Below are positions 26,341 to 38,759 of a stretch of DNA of 64,000 nt, in pieces. Below the pieces are notes generated by a model. It worked only from the letters and a program-made list of their open reading frames with translations. It made no database searches and was not told the origin of the DNA. The position numbers and the translations under genes were made by a program. Origin of the DNA: Callorhinchus milii (Eukaryota); NCBI RefSeq assembly GCF_018977255.1, contig NW_024704743.1, positions 14,944,001 through 15,008,000 on the forward strand, read 5' to 3'. Every line of letters begins with the position of its first letter. Position 1 is the first letter of the stretch.

Positions 26341-26959
26341 AGATGAGGAACCCATTGACACAAGTGGCTTTTGAAGTCAAGTAAACAAGAAGAAGCATCA
26401 TCACATTTGGTATAGTGACTTTTATATCTCAAAGCTCTACACATGATTATACTGTTACTTACGTCAGTGTCAGCTTAGACTGCGTGATTCCATGTCCCAT
26501 GGAGCTTGAAACCACAACCTTTTGTCTCAGAGGTGAGACTGAGATACTAATCAACGAAAATAAAGAACTTCCATTATTATAGTGCTTATAACATTGATAC
26601 ATCTCGAAGCAATTCACAGTCCGCACCGTTACGTGTTGATTGTTCTAGAACTGTGGAGGCTGAGAGGTAAGTCCTTCAGATGGGGCATTAGAATTGGGTC
26701 TCTCCTGATTATTCTTGTGATGTTAAAGGTCCCAAGATACTATTGAAATGAGTTTCATGCAGTGACTTGGGTCAACAGATTTTTTAAAAAAATATGTAAT
26801 TTACTTTTTGTATAAAAGAAAGAAGTTCGTCCTGTTGTTAATGTTAAAATGCCTTTCATGACAGAGAGGTCTTTAAACCCCTGACCAGCTCAGGTACTCC
26901 TGAAGATGGTCGCTCCTCATTCTCCAGTGAATCAAATTGAAGATTCTGCCTCCATGGCC

Positions 26960-27373
26960 TCACCCTACTCTACCTCTGTGACACTCCTGCAACACTGCGC
27001 TCTGACTGCCCCCTCCGCTGAGTGAACACTGCTTCATATCCCCACTCAATCCGCCCCACCATCAGGTGAGGTTTCAGCCATTGTGCCCACACTCTCTGGA
27101 GGATGGATGGGTGAGTGGTTCTGGAGGGATGAGATCAGATGGGCTAAAGGGCCTTCTTCATCCAGACCAATCTTGTGAGCTCCATCCTGGAGTCTCTTCA
27201 CTTCACCCTTTCCCTCCCCACCTTTCAACCCTGCTGTAAGACCTTTATTTTTGACTGGTCTTTCGATCACCTTTCACCCCAGCCTCTTCTGCTCCTGCAA
27301 CCCTCAGTTCAAAGTGCTTTGAGACATCCTCCAGACATGAAAAGCACTGTACAAATGTAAATTGTTGTTGTTG
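26960..27373 (+). mobile_element. L2 3' fragment containing a short CR1-tail insert (~27095-27175)
   Basis: L2 tail with (TTG)n; GATGGGCTAAAGGGCCTTCTTC is CR1 3' UTR-like. Confidence 0.7.
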
Positions 27374-28331
27374 CTGTATCGTGGGCTGCCTGCAAAAAAT
27401 GTCTGCTACATGTTGTGTAACTAATTATTTGGTATTCACAGTTAATTTACACTAAAAACACCACATTAAATCATAGTTAACTTCAGACACTGGAGGTTAG
27501 GCTGGCAAGTACTGCATTAACATTTTCACATTGTGATCAATCTTTTCTGCCTGTCTGACTGCTTTAAAAGTTAATCAAACGCGAGCAATAACTTACTTGT
27601 GAAAAAACATGGTGTAGTTATTATTTAGCAAAATGCAGTACATCTGCGTTTCTTTCTTTGCTGTGATTAATAGTTTACACAACCCGGAGAAAAACACACA
27701 GAAGCACCCCAGGAATACTTTTGGCTGACAACTAATGAGGAGCCAAGATGCAGGCCATGATTCTCTCTACATTTCATTAGTATTTTCACACCCAATTCCA
27801 TCTGCTCCCACTTCCTTATAAATAGTTCAAATAATTATGTTCTTACTCATGCCTATTTTTATAGGAGTTCATATGTGCCTTTACCCTCCAAACCCTAGAA
27901 CAGGCAACCCAATGTTTTCATTGTGACAAACATTACATCTTTTAAAACTTTCTGCCAACATTTCTCTTCCTCTCCCACAATCTGACTTCTCTTACATTTC
28001 ATAGATTCTTAGAGGTAAAGTTTGCTGACAGTTTAAAACATTTCTTTTGGTAAGTGTTACTAAGAAATGTTTTCTAACAAGTGGCATCCCCCTCTCCAGG
28101 GGAGTTGAATAGTCTTTTTTGCAGTCTTTTTTTTGGGGGGTGGGGGTAGGGGAAGGTTAGGGGGGGGAGTTTTTTTGGTGGGAGGGAAAAAAAGGTTTTT
28201 ATTTCATGTAATTTTTTAGTCACTGGGGCAATTTTTAACAGAACAGATTTTTAGCAGAACAGATTTGGCTTAATATGTTTCTTGATCATTCGAAGAGGGA
28301 AGAAATCCACTCTTTCCCCAGCCTAGAACTA

Positions 28332-28701
28332 TTAATAATACTTGCATTTGATATAGTGCCTTATCACATCTTCAAGACATCTACAAGTGCTTCACAGAAT
28401 ATACTGTAAAGTAAATTGACTATATTTTTGTGGGCAAAATACAGCAGTCAATTGCACACAGCAGTGTCTCACAAACCATTGTGGATTAAGTAACCAATTT
28501 ATTATTATTATTTTTTTGAAGGAATTATTACCTCTGGAAAAGCGATCTGCCAATCGACTAACACCGGGTTTCTACTTACTGCTAGTTAACCAGAGGCATG
28601 TGGAGTAAGGAAACTTGCCCAACGTTTTGCCCTGCCAGAAACGAACCCAGGTCTCTCGCTTGCGAGGTGAGTGCTCTAACCACTGAGCTTCAGGACTCCA
28701 C
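28332..28701 (-). mobile_element. Full-length SINE, long subfamily
   Basis: Reverse-complement match to 4831-5197. Confidence 0.9.
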
Positions 28702-28959
28702 TCCATTAAGTGATCGTCAGGCACAGGCCTCAGACACATCCTACCCGATCAGTAAAACATTAATTTATGGTTGAGGAGAGCATGGATTTCTACGGGTCAA
28801 CCCTGGAAAATTAATATTCCAAAAACAACAACAACAACTTGGATTTATATAGCGCCCTCCATGCCGGATAAAAAGCTGTGATAGCGTTGAAAACCGAAAA
28901 GGAAGGAAACACTTACCTGGAGGATTGTACTGCTAACTTACGGGCATTAGATTATACCG

Positions 28960-29277
28960 GCGTTAAAGAATGAACATTAGAACTAGAGGACAAACCCTGC
29001 GATTGAAGGGAGGTAAATTCAGAACAACTCCACAGAAACATTACTTCAGTGAGCAACTAGTACATGTTGCATACTAGAACAGGCTCTGTAGGGCAATAGT
29101 GGAAGCAGAAAATGTTGACTTTTTTAAGAACAAATTAGATAGATTTCTGTTAGGAAATAATATCTCAGGATAGTGTGTATAATTTGGGACATGACATGTG
29201 CATGCGACTGCCAGGATGGTGGAAGGTGAACTGGATAGATTTTGGTCTTTTCACCTAGCAAATTTTTATGTTCTTAC
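28960..29277 (+). mobile_element. Old CR1 3' end
   Basis: RTRGQTLRLKGGKFRT...VEAEN...KNKLDRFL; tail shared with ~430-478 and 22535-22610 (-). Confidence 0.75.
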
Positions 29278-29384
29278 GTAATGCCATAACCTCACTCCAG
29301 TGCAGTTCAGGTTCACATGGTTAGAGTTGCGCACTGTCCTTTACCTTTGTGCAAACTGATGAACTCAAAATTCACTGATTTGAT

Positions 29385-29957
29385 TCATTACATCGAGGCT
29401 TGACTATGCAAACTCACTGCTTGTCGGCCTCCCCAACTCCCCCCTCCAGAGGCTGCAGGTCATCCAGAACTCTGCAGCCCGTGTCCTCTCCCGCACTAGA
29501 CTCCATGACCCTATCACCCCCATCCTTGCCCAACTCCATTGGCTTCCCATCACACAGGATACAGTTCAAGATCCTGGTCCTCACTTTCTAAGCCCTCCAT
29601 GGTCTTGCTCCCCCCTACCACTCCGACCTCCTAACCCCCTACCATCCTGTTTGCTCCCTCCACTCAGCGGGCTCTGGCCTGCTTCACGTCCCCCACCTTT
29701 CTCGCCCCACTATCAGTGGGCGGGCCTTCTGTCACTCTGCACCCACCCTCTGGAACTCCATGCCACAGTCTCTCCATCTCTCCCCCTCCTTCGCCACCTT
29801 CAAGACCCACCTCAAGACCCTCCTCTTCGACCATGCTTTTGATCTCCCTCTTCCCCCCCCGACCCTCAGCTTCGGTCCGTAACTCTGTCTGTCCAGCGTC
29901 TTGGGACATCCTCCCAACGTGAAAGGCGATATACAAATGTAACTTTGTTGTTGTTGA
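29385..29957 (+). mobile_element. L2 3' fragment
   Basis: [13 protein letters not shown]...[10 protein letters not shown]...FKTHLKT, hairpin and (TTG)n. Confidence 0.92.
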
Positions 29958-30049
29958 TAATACTAACTGGACAAGCAGTGGGAAGCTTGCTGGACAATGT
30001 TCACAATGGTAACCTGTGTGGTTTTAGCTGGTTTTAAACTCCAATATTT

Positions 30050-30147
30050 TCACCCACAAAGTATGCAGTCAAATCACTTTACAGTATATTCTGTGAAGTG
30101 CTTTGAGGTGTGATAAGGCGCTATATCAAATGCAAGGATTATTATTA
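30050..30147 (+). mobile_element. SINE tail fragment
   Basis: AAGGCGCTATATCAAATGCAAGGATTATTATT. Confidence 0.8.
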
Positions 30148-31004
30148 TATATCATGGAACACAGCCCCCAAGTTATCGTAGGTTATTTCTACCTTCTGTT
30201 GGCAAACAGTGAAACATATGAAACTTTGCAAAGGATGTGCGTCAGTGATCACATGTGGCTGAGATAAATGTTGTTGTTCAAATCTAGTTGCGAGTCAAGA
30301 GCCTTGCAAAGCAAAGTGAAAAAAATCCCAATGGATAAATTAAGTTCCATTGAAAACATTTCCAACACCAGTAATAAGGTCAAGAAAGAAGTCAGCTGCT
30401 TTATTTTTTAGCAGGTACATGTATTTTACTAACTGTGATTGGCAGATGGGATAAGATCCCTCATAACCTGGATGAACTCCAGTACATAAGTGAAGAAAAT
30501 AATGGAGTTAGTGAAGGAGGAAGCTCACCCATCAACAATTTGGAAGCCACATACTTAAACATGAACAAATAACACCAACTCTGACAGATACCATATTGTT
30601 CAGAAAATGACTCTAAAAAATGCAGATAAGAAAGCTAGTCATTTTTTTACATATAGTTAGCTTCCAAGGCACCATAACACCTTCTCAGAAAGTCTGGTGA
30701 TGGGCAAGAAATGCTGTCCCTGCTAACATCACCCACATCCTGAGACAGATAAAATAACAACGATTAGCTTTCTTATTCTGCTTTTTCTAGAGTCATTTTC
30801 TGAATAATGTGGCATCTGTCGGAGTTTGTGTTATCTGCTCACGTTTAATTGCGTGGCTTCCAAAATAAGTGAAATAAAACTGTAGGGTGTCTGGGTTATG
30901 ACAGGATGCCATTGTCTCAGAGGTCAGTAACCTCTCCAAGACATTACTGACAGACCTAATTGAAAAAGTAGTAACAAGAGGATGGTTATTGTTGTTATTT
31001 TTTT

Positions 31005-31180
31005 AATTTGGACATTCAATTCGCAACTGTTTGTGGGACACTGTTGTGTGCAATCGTCTGCTCCGTTTCGCCCACAAAATATACAGTCAATTCTCTTTAC
31101 AATACATTCTGTGAAGTGCCTTGAGATGTTTCAATGATATGATAAGGATCTATATAAATGCAAGGATTATTATTATTATC
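31005..31180 (+). mobile_element. SINE 3' fragment
   Basis: Deu block plus tail. Confidence 0.82.
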
Positions 31181-33270
31181 TAACTAGTGAATCCCAGATG
31201 AGTCTTAGTTGGGACTCTGGAACATGGCTCAGAAGCTGATTTCACAGGTCTGAAACTGCAACAGATCCAGATTTGCTGGTTAAAATATTCCTCAAATTTT
31301 CTCCCCATCAAAGCCTTATCAAAACAAATCAACTACTTCAAGGGAATTGCAGAACAGCTGGGCTCCACCAAATCAGGTGACATAATTTGGAAAACACAAG
31401 GCAAGCAATTGTAAGAAGATCAACCATTTTTAACAGGCAAACTAAACCCTTTGATCCTGATGGATCCACATGTGATGGATCAGGATCAAATGCGCAGGCA
31501 TTGGATATGAACTTGAAACGTACTAAACTGAACTGAATGTTCCTTCTAATAGTGAGTGGTCTTACAATTTAACCTGATGCTGGTACTACCTAACTAGACT
31601 TCAAAGTCAACTCTATTGTTAGGTGATTGGCAAGTAGGCCAGTACAGTGCTCAAAAAATACAGTTCCTTATTTTTACACATCTTCCAGCCTCAAAATGGC
31701 AAGTTACTTGACCCGGCAAGAAAATAAATTTAGCAATGACGTTGCGCTACTATCCAATTTTCTCCAAGATTACAGCACATTAGATGGTAAAGCAGAAATT
31801 GCCATATGCTGGAATTACACCAGGTATGGTGCATCCTATCACTCTAAGAGTGAAACGTAAAGCAAATCCACCAACTCAGAACCTCACCAGCAAGTTACAT
31901 TGAAAAACAAAAGGAAACTGACAATACAGTGGGCCCATTCATATCACATCTAATTGGTTTCACCGTCTTTCTCTTAAACATGAAGAGCTACAGGGTATTG
32001 TTCATGCTCTGTTATTATCTTCCCAACCACACCATCATTAAATGCTACTTGTAAGAACCTGGCGGATTAGAGCAGATTCCATTCCCTGTCTCCCTGTTGT
32101 TTTTGACCGTGACATTTTTTCAGCATTAAAGGTACATGGGAGCTGAATGAAATGTCACTTCGGTAAGTTTGTGGGGATCCGGATATCCTGGTTTCTAATC
32201 ACTGTTTTATTTTCTACTTCAGGAATGGATCAGAAGACAAGAATTTGGACGAGTCAGATCAGCTGTTCTTCTCTAGTTACTTAGCATTTGTAAGTATAAC
32301 AACAACAACAACAACAATTTGGATTTATATTGCGCCCTCCACGCCGGATGGCGTCTCAGAGCACTTTACAGTTTTGGATCCCGGGACCAAGCCAGGGGGA
32401 GGGGGAGGAAGGTGACCAAAGGCACAGTCGAAAAGAAAGGTCTTCAGCAGAGACCTGAAAATGGGAAGGGAGGAAGCGAGGCAAAGGGAGTGAGGAAGGC
32501 AGTTCCAGAGCCTCGGGGCATAGTGGCTGAAGGCACAGCCACCGAGGGTGGAGCGGAGGACTCGGGGGACAATGAGGAGGCCAGACCCAGAGGAACAAAG
32601 GCAACGGGTGCTGTTTTGAGGAGAGAGGAGGTTAGAGAGGTAGGGGGTTGCAGAGGAGTGTAGGGACTTGAATACGAGGGTGAGGATCTTGAAGTCGATC
32701 CTCTCTGGGATAGGCAGCCAGTGCAGTCTGGCAAGGACTGAGGTGATCGGGGAGCGGAGTTTCGTACATGTGAGAATGCGGGCGGCAGAGTTCTGAATGA
32801 GTTGATTTTATGAATGGCAGTGGATGGGAGACCGGCGAGGAGGGCGTTGGAGTAGAGGTGACAAAGGCATGGACCAGAGTTTTAGCGGCTTTTGGGGAGA
32901 GATATTGTCGGAGACGGGCGATGCGACGGAGGTGGAAAAAGGCAGTGCTGGTAAGAGACCGGATGTGGGGGGGGAAGGATAATTGGGGGTCGAACCTGAG
33001 GCCTAGGTTGCGTACGGGTTCGGAGAGATTTAGGGGGAGGTCGGGTAGGTGGAGGAGGTGAGAACCATGAGATTTTAGACATTGACGAGAGCCAAAGAGC
33101 ATGGCTTCCATCTTGTCAACGTTCAGCTGAAGGAAATTTGTGCTCATCCAGCCCCTGAGGTCTGACAGGCAGGCTGACAGAACATCAGGCGACTGGGGGT
33201 CGCAAAGAGAGGTGGAAAAGTAAAGCTGGGTGTCATCTGCATACATGTGGAAATGTACAGTCTGCGGATG

Positions 33271-33753
33271 ACAACAACAACAACAACAACAAGATTCCAT
33301 TTATAAAGCGCCTTTCACGTCAGGAGGACGTCCCAAGGCGCTGCACAGTTGGGTCATGACCCGAGCAGGGGGAAATGGTCAGGGTGAGGGAGGGAAGGGA
33401 GGAGCAAGGAGGGGGGAAATGGTCAGGGTGAGGGAAGGGAGGGAGCGAGGAGGGGGAAGAGAGTCGAGAGGGGAGCTGAAGGCTCGGTCAAAGAGAAAGG
33501 TTTTGAGACCGGCCTTGAAGGAGGAAAGGGAGGAAGCAAGGCGAAGGCACTGGGGGATGGAGTTCCAGAGCCTGGGGGCTGAGAGGCTGAAGGCCCGACC
33601 ACCGATGGTAGGGCGGTTGGGGCGGGGGACGTGGAGCAGACCAGAGCCAGAGGAACGGAGGGTACGGGCAGGTAGGTAGGGGGATAGTAGGTTGGAGAGG
33701 TAGGAGGGAGCAAGGCCGTGAATGGCCTTGTAGGTGAGGATGAGGATCTTGAA
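33271..33753 (-). mobile_element. Young L2 family A 3' fragment nested in the L2-B host, TSD TGACA
   Basis: TGACA at 33269-33273 and 33759-33763; ORF YFKILILTYKAIHGLAPSYL...IGGRAFS...LWNSIP. Confidence 0.92.
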
Positions 33754-33786
33754 ATAAGTGACATCCTTAAGAGGGAGCATATAGAT

Positions 33787-35522
33787 AACATAGCGTAACA
33801 TGTAGGAGTAGGAGTAGGCCATTCGGCCCTTCGAGCCTGCCCCGCCATTCAATCATGGCTGATCTTCCAATCTAACTCCAGCTAATAACCTGACCCTGCC
33901 TTATCCCCATATCCCTTAATACCTTTTGCAATAAGAAATCTATCTACCTCAGTCTTGAATATGTTCAAGGACTGAGCGTCAACAGCCCTTTGGGGTAGTG
34001 AGTTCCATACATTCACCACCCTTTGAGTGAAGAAGTTCTTCCTCAACTCAGTGTGAAAGGGCTGGCCTCTGACTTTAAGGTTGTGACCCCTGGTTTTAGT
34101 TTCTCCAACCAGGAGAAACAATCTCCCACTATCTACTCTATCATGCCCTTTGATGATCTTATAGGTTTCTATAAGATCCCCTCTAATTCTTCTATATTCT
34201 TGAGAATATAGGCCCAAATTGGTCAGCCTATCCTCGTAACTCATCCCCTTCATCCCTGGTACTAACCTACAACAACAACAACATGATTGCATTTATAGAG
34301 CGCCTTTCACGTCGGGAGGACGTCCCAAGGCGCTGGACAGTTGGGTCAGGACCCGAGCAGGGGGGAAATGGTCAGGGTGACAGGAGGGAAGGGAGGGAGC
34401 GAGGAGAGGGTAGAGAGTCGAGGGGAGCTGAAGGCACAGTCAAAGAGAAAGGTCTTGAGACCGGCCTTAAAGGAGGAAAGAGAGGAAGCAAGGTGAAGGC
34501 ACTGGGGGATGGAGTTCCAGAGCCTAGGGTTGAGAGGCTGAAGGCCCGGCCACCGACGGTAGGGCGGTTGGGGCGGGGGATGTAGAGAAACCTATAAGAT
34601 CATCAAAGGGCATGATAGAGTAGATAGTGGGAGATTGTTTCCCCGGATTGGAGAAACTATAACCAGGGGTCACAACCTAGTAAATCTACGCTGCACCCCC
34701 TCCAAGGCAAGTACATCCTTCTTTAAATAAGGAGACCAATACTGCACACAGTATTCCAGGTGTGGTCTCACCAGGGCCCTATACAGTTGCAGCAAGACTT
34801 CCCTACTCTTATACTCTAATCCTTTCATAATGAATGCTAACATACCGTTCGCCTTCCTAATTGCTGCTGCACCTGCAGACTAACTTTGTGTGATTAGTGT
34901 ACAAGGACACCCAAGTCCCTCTGGACGCTAACACATTCCAATCTCTCCCCTTCTAAAAAATAACCCGCTCTACTGTTTTTGCTACCTAGGTGGATGACTT
35001 TGCACTTCCCTACATTATACTTCATCTGCCACCTACCTGCCCAATCACCTAACCTATCTATGTCTCGCTGCATTTTTTTAATGTCGTCCTCTGTGTGACA
35101 CTTCCTCCTAGTTTTGTGTCATCCATGAATTTAGATATATTAACTTCAATGTCCTCATCTAGATCGTTGATGTAGATGGTAAATAGCTGAGGACCAAGGA
35201 CTGATCCTTGTGGCACTCCACTAGTCACATCCCGCCAATCTGAAAAGGACCCGTTTATCCCTACTGTTTGTTTCCAACCGTTAACCATTCCCCAATCCAC
35301 GTTAATATGCTCCCCCCAATTCCATGGGCCTTTATCTTTTGGACTAACCTTTTATGCAGCACCTTATCGAATGCCTTCTGGAAGTCCAAATAGACCACAT
35401 CCACTGATTCACCTTATCTTGTTCACTCGAAATATCCTCAAAAATCTCTATGAGATTTGTCAAACATGACTTCCCTTTTGTAAAGCCATGTTGACTTGGC
35501 CTAATTATACTGTGCTCCCCTG
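33787..35522 (-). mobile_element. 5'-truncated CR1 nested in the L2-B host
   Basis: [22 protein letters not shown]...[27 protein letters not shown]; 3' UTR GAAGGGCCGAATGGCCTACTCC. Confidence 0.95.
34270..34583 (-). mobile_element. Young L2 family A 3' fragment nested in CR1
   Basis: Close match to 4133-4450; CR1 reads through as ...ACTAACCT|AGTAAATCTACG. Confidence 0.92.
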
Positions 35523-37996
35523 GATCAGAAAGAGGAGGGGGCCAAGGATGGATTCTTGGGGTACCCCACAGGTGACCGGGTGAGAGCGGGAGGAGAAGCC
35601 GTTTGTGCAGATGTACTGCTGTCGGTTTGTGAGGTAGGACTCGAACCAGGCGAGCGCGGTCCCACTGAGGTGGATGACGGAGGAAAGGCGGTGGAGGAGG
35701 ATGGCGTGATCGACTGTATCAAACACGGTGGAGAGGTCCAAGAGGTCAAGTAGGCAAAGGGAGCCCTGATCACAGATAGAGAGGATGTTGTTTGTGACTT
35801 TCACAAGTGCAGTCTCTGTACTGTGGATAGGGCGGAAACCAGACTGGAGGGGTTCGAAGAGGGCGTTCTAGAGCTTTTGAGAAGAAGGGCAGGTTAGAAA
35901 TGTGGTGGTAATGGCTGGGATTTCAGGGTGGTGGGGGGGGGGGTTTCAGGAGGGGTGTGATGTCAGCAGTTTTGAGGGGGGCAGGGACTGATCCGGAGGA
36001 GAGGGACTGGTTGATAATGTCAGCCAGTAGTGGGCATAGAAGGGGGAGCAGTGTGACCAGTAAGTTGGTGGGGAGGGGATCGAGGCAGCAGGTGGTGGGT
36101 TTCATGGAGGTGATGGTGGATGAGATTGAGGAGGGAGAGATAGGAAGGAAAGAGTGTAGAAAGGGGGTGGTGGTAGGAGCAGATGATGAGGAAGGTGAGG
36201 GGGGCAGAGAGGGCGTGGTGATGGGTGACAAGGGGCAGGAGGATGAGGCTGCCTGGCGGATGTTGAGTATTTTAGCAGAAAAGAATTCCATGACCTCCTC
36301 GCACTTCGCATTGGATATGAAGATTGAGGAGGCCTAAGGGGGGACACGGAGGAGGTAGTGGGTGGTGGGAAAAAGGATTTGGGGATTGTTTTTGGTCTCC
36401 AAGATGATGTTGGAGTAAAAGGCCGTTTTTGCGCATGTCAAAGAACGGCAGTAGCTGTGGAGATGCTCGAGCCACAGTTGGCGGTGAACTGTCAGGACAG
36501 TTTTCCGCCATCTGCGCTCGAGCAGACGGGTTTCGGTTTTTTGGCAGTGGAGATGGTTGTTGTACCAGGGGGATCGGGTGGGTTTGGAGATGGTCCTGGA
36601 TTTTAGGTGGACGACGGAGTTGAAAGTGGAGGAGAGGCGATCATGGAGCAGCTGGATGGCTGCTTCAGGATCTCCACGGGTGGAAGGCCAGTCGGATAGG
36701 ATGTCTAATGATGAAAGGGCCTTTGTGATGGTCTCGTGGGTAGCCTATTCCAAGGCCGGTAGAGGATGGTTGAGGGCTTGATGGAGGAGAGAGGGATGTG
36801 AGAGGAGAAGGAGATGAAAAAGTGGTCCGAGATGGCCTTGTCCACTATGCTAAGGTCGGAAATGTCAAGGTCGTGGGGGATGATGAGATTAAGTGCATGA
36901 CCATGGTTGTGGGTAGGTGAGTTTATATGTAGGGTAAGGTTAAGGGAGGAGAGGAGGGCAGTGAAATCAGCAGAAGTGGTGGAAGGGGAGTTTAGGTGGA
37001 GGTTGAAATCGCCCATTATGAGTAGGCGCTCGGAGCATAGGGACAGGGAAGAGAGGAGAGTGGAGATGTCTGTGTGGAAGGAGCCGGGGGGTTTAGGGGG
37101 ACAGTAAACGAGGAGGATTTTAAAAGGGAGAGAGGGGTGGAAACGGGTGAGGTGTTCAAAAGAGGGGAAGCAGCCAGAGGAGTAGGGGGTGAGACCAAGG
37201 GAGGCTTTGGAGATGAGGGCCACCCCGCGCCATGTTGGTTTGGATGGGGATGTGGTGGAAGGTGTAGCCTGGAGGGGAGGCTTCCACTAGGGGAATGGGG
37301 TCATTGGGGGAGAGCCAGGTTTCGATGAGCCCAAGGATGTCAAGGTGCTCGTCCAGGGTGAGGTCGTGGATGGTGAGGGCTTTGTTTGAGAGGGAACGGA
37401 CATTTTGAAGGGAAATGCGGGTGGGTTTGCTGGAGGGGGGGGAGGGAGGAGAGAGTGATGCGGAAAGGATTTTGGGGTGTATAGGAGAGACGGTTGTGGA
37501 AAGTGGAGAATTGGGGAGGGTACTTGTGAGGGAGGGGGAAGTTCAATTTGCCTTAAGGAGGTGGTTTGAGTGGAGGGAATGAATGATTGGATACTTGAGG
37601 TTGCTGCTCTGGGACAGCCAGTGCCGGGAGCCACGCTGGGCCCAGCGGAGGATGCCCAGGCTGGAGCAGAGGGATGTGGTGATGGGGTCGAGGAGAGAGA
37701 GGGCAGGGAGGGTGGTGGGAGAGAAGGACAGAGGGGGAGAGACACAGAGGGGGGTGAGAGGAGAGACATAGAGGGGGGGGGTGGGAGGAGAGACATTTAG
37801 GGGGAGGCTCAGGTCGGGGCGGCAGCCAAAACGCACACGCAGAGACCGGGAGCGAGCGATCAGTGGGACGGCATCAGCCCTCAGGCTTAGCCTCCCAGGT
37901 CATGGCCGGGATGTACAGAGTTGTTACCCCAAATAGAAATATATAAATATCTAATACAATACATCAAAAAAACAATGAAAACAAAAAAATTAGCAT

Positions 37997-38362
37997 GTGG
38001 AGCCTGCAGCTGGGTGGTTAGCACACTTCCAAGCGAGAGGACCCAGGTTCAATTTCTGGGCAGGGCCAAACATTGGGCAAGTTTCCTTATTCCATACACC
38101 TCTGTTTACCTAGCAGTAAGTAGGAATCTGAGTGTTAGTTGATTGGCATAATCCCTTTAAAAAACATTTATTTTTCATATAAATTTTGTCTCTCAATCCA
38201 TGGCTATTTGTGGAACACTGCTGTGCACAATTGGCTGCTGTGTTTCGCCGAGAAAGATATAGTCAATTTACTTTACAGTATATTCTGTTTAGCACTTTGA
38301 GATATTTCAAAGATGTGATAAAGCGCAATATCAAATGTCAGGATCATAGGATTATTATTATT
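37997..38362 (+). mobile_element. SINE, long subfamily, diverged
   Basis: Head, CORE-like block, Deu block and tail present. Confidence 0.85.
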
Positions 38363-38759
38363 TGCTTATAGAACGTTGGAGGGAATAAATATCCTCTTTA
38401 AGAAGACAAGATATTTAAATGCAAGGGGTAGAGGTAGAGATATATAATTATTATAATGCAATAGCTTGATAAAAGTAGGAATTATTACACAAAACTAGTT
38501 TGACAAACCTTCAAGCAGTAAAGTTTATGGGTGGCTCAAAGCCAAACTTGGGGGAGTAGCAATTCTGTTGTGGAATAATATTAAAGTGCAAGGATATGAA
38601 AACTTAACTCCAGCCAGTAGAATCTGCATACTGATGAACACGAAGGAAATAATCATCTGAGAGTGAGTAAACATCGCTAAAAAATCAACCACTTTTGTTA
38701 AAAAACAAAGTGATCCAGATTTGCTCCAGTCTGACCAGGTGAGGTCATTTGCTCCAGTC

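Larger units (their letters stand above)
32297..37920 (-). mobile_element. Near full-length L2 (family B) in three pieces: 35523-37920, 33759-33786, 32297-33270
   Basis: APE (LLIMGDFN, PTHNHGHALNLI) and RT (LLDLSTVFDTVDH; GVPQESILGPLLFLI | YMLPLKDV | IRR..FHMYADDTQLY) join across the insertions; (CAA)n tail at 32297. Confidence 0.92.

Noticed and set aside
28135..28170. G-run cluster with G-quadruplex potential
   Set aside because: Low-complexity G/T tract with no supporting context.
28908..28922. ACTTACCTGG: strong minus-strand splice donor or U1 snRNA 5' end
   Set aside because: No further U1 similarity, and the would-be exon runs into a CR1 fragment.
32223..32289. Possible 67-bp plus-strand exon (pyrimidine tract-CAG ... 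GTAAGT)
   Set aside because: No recognisable peptide or partner exons, and the 3' part resembles a decayed CR1 tail; RNA-seq would be needed.
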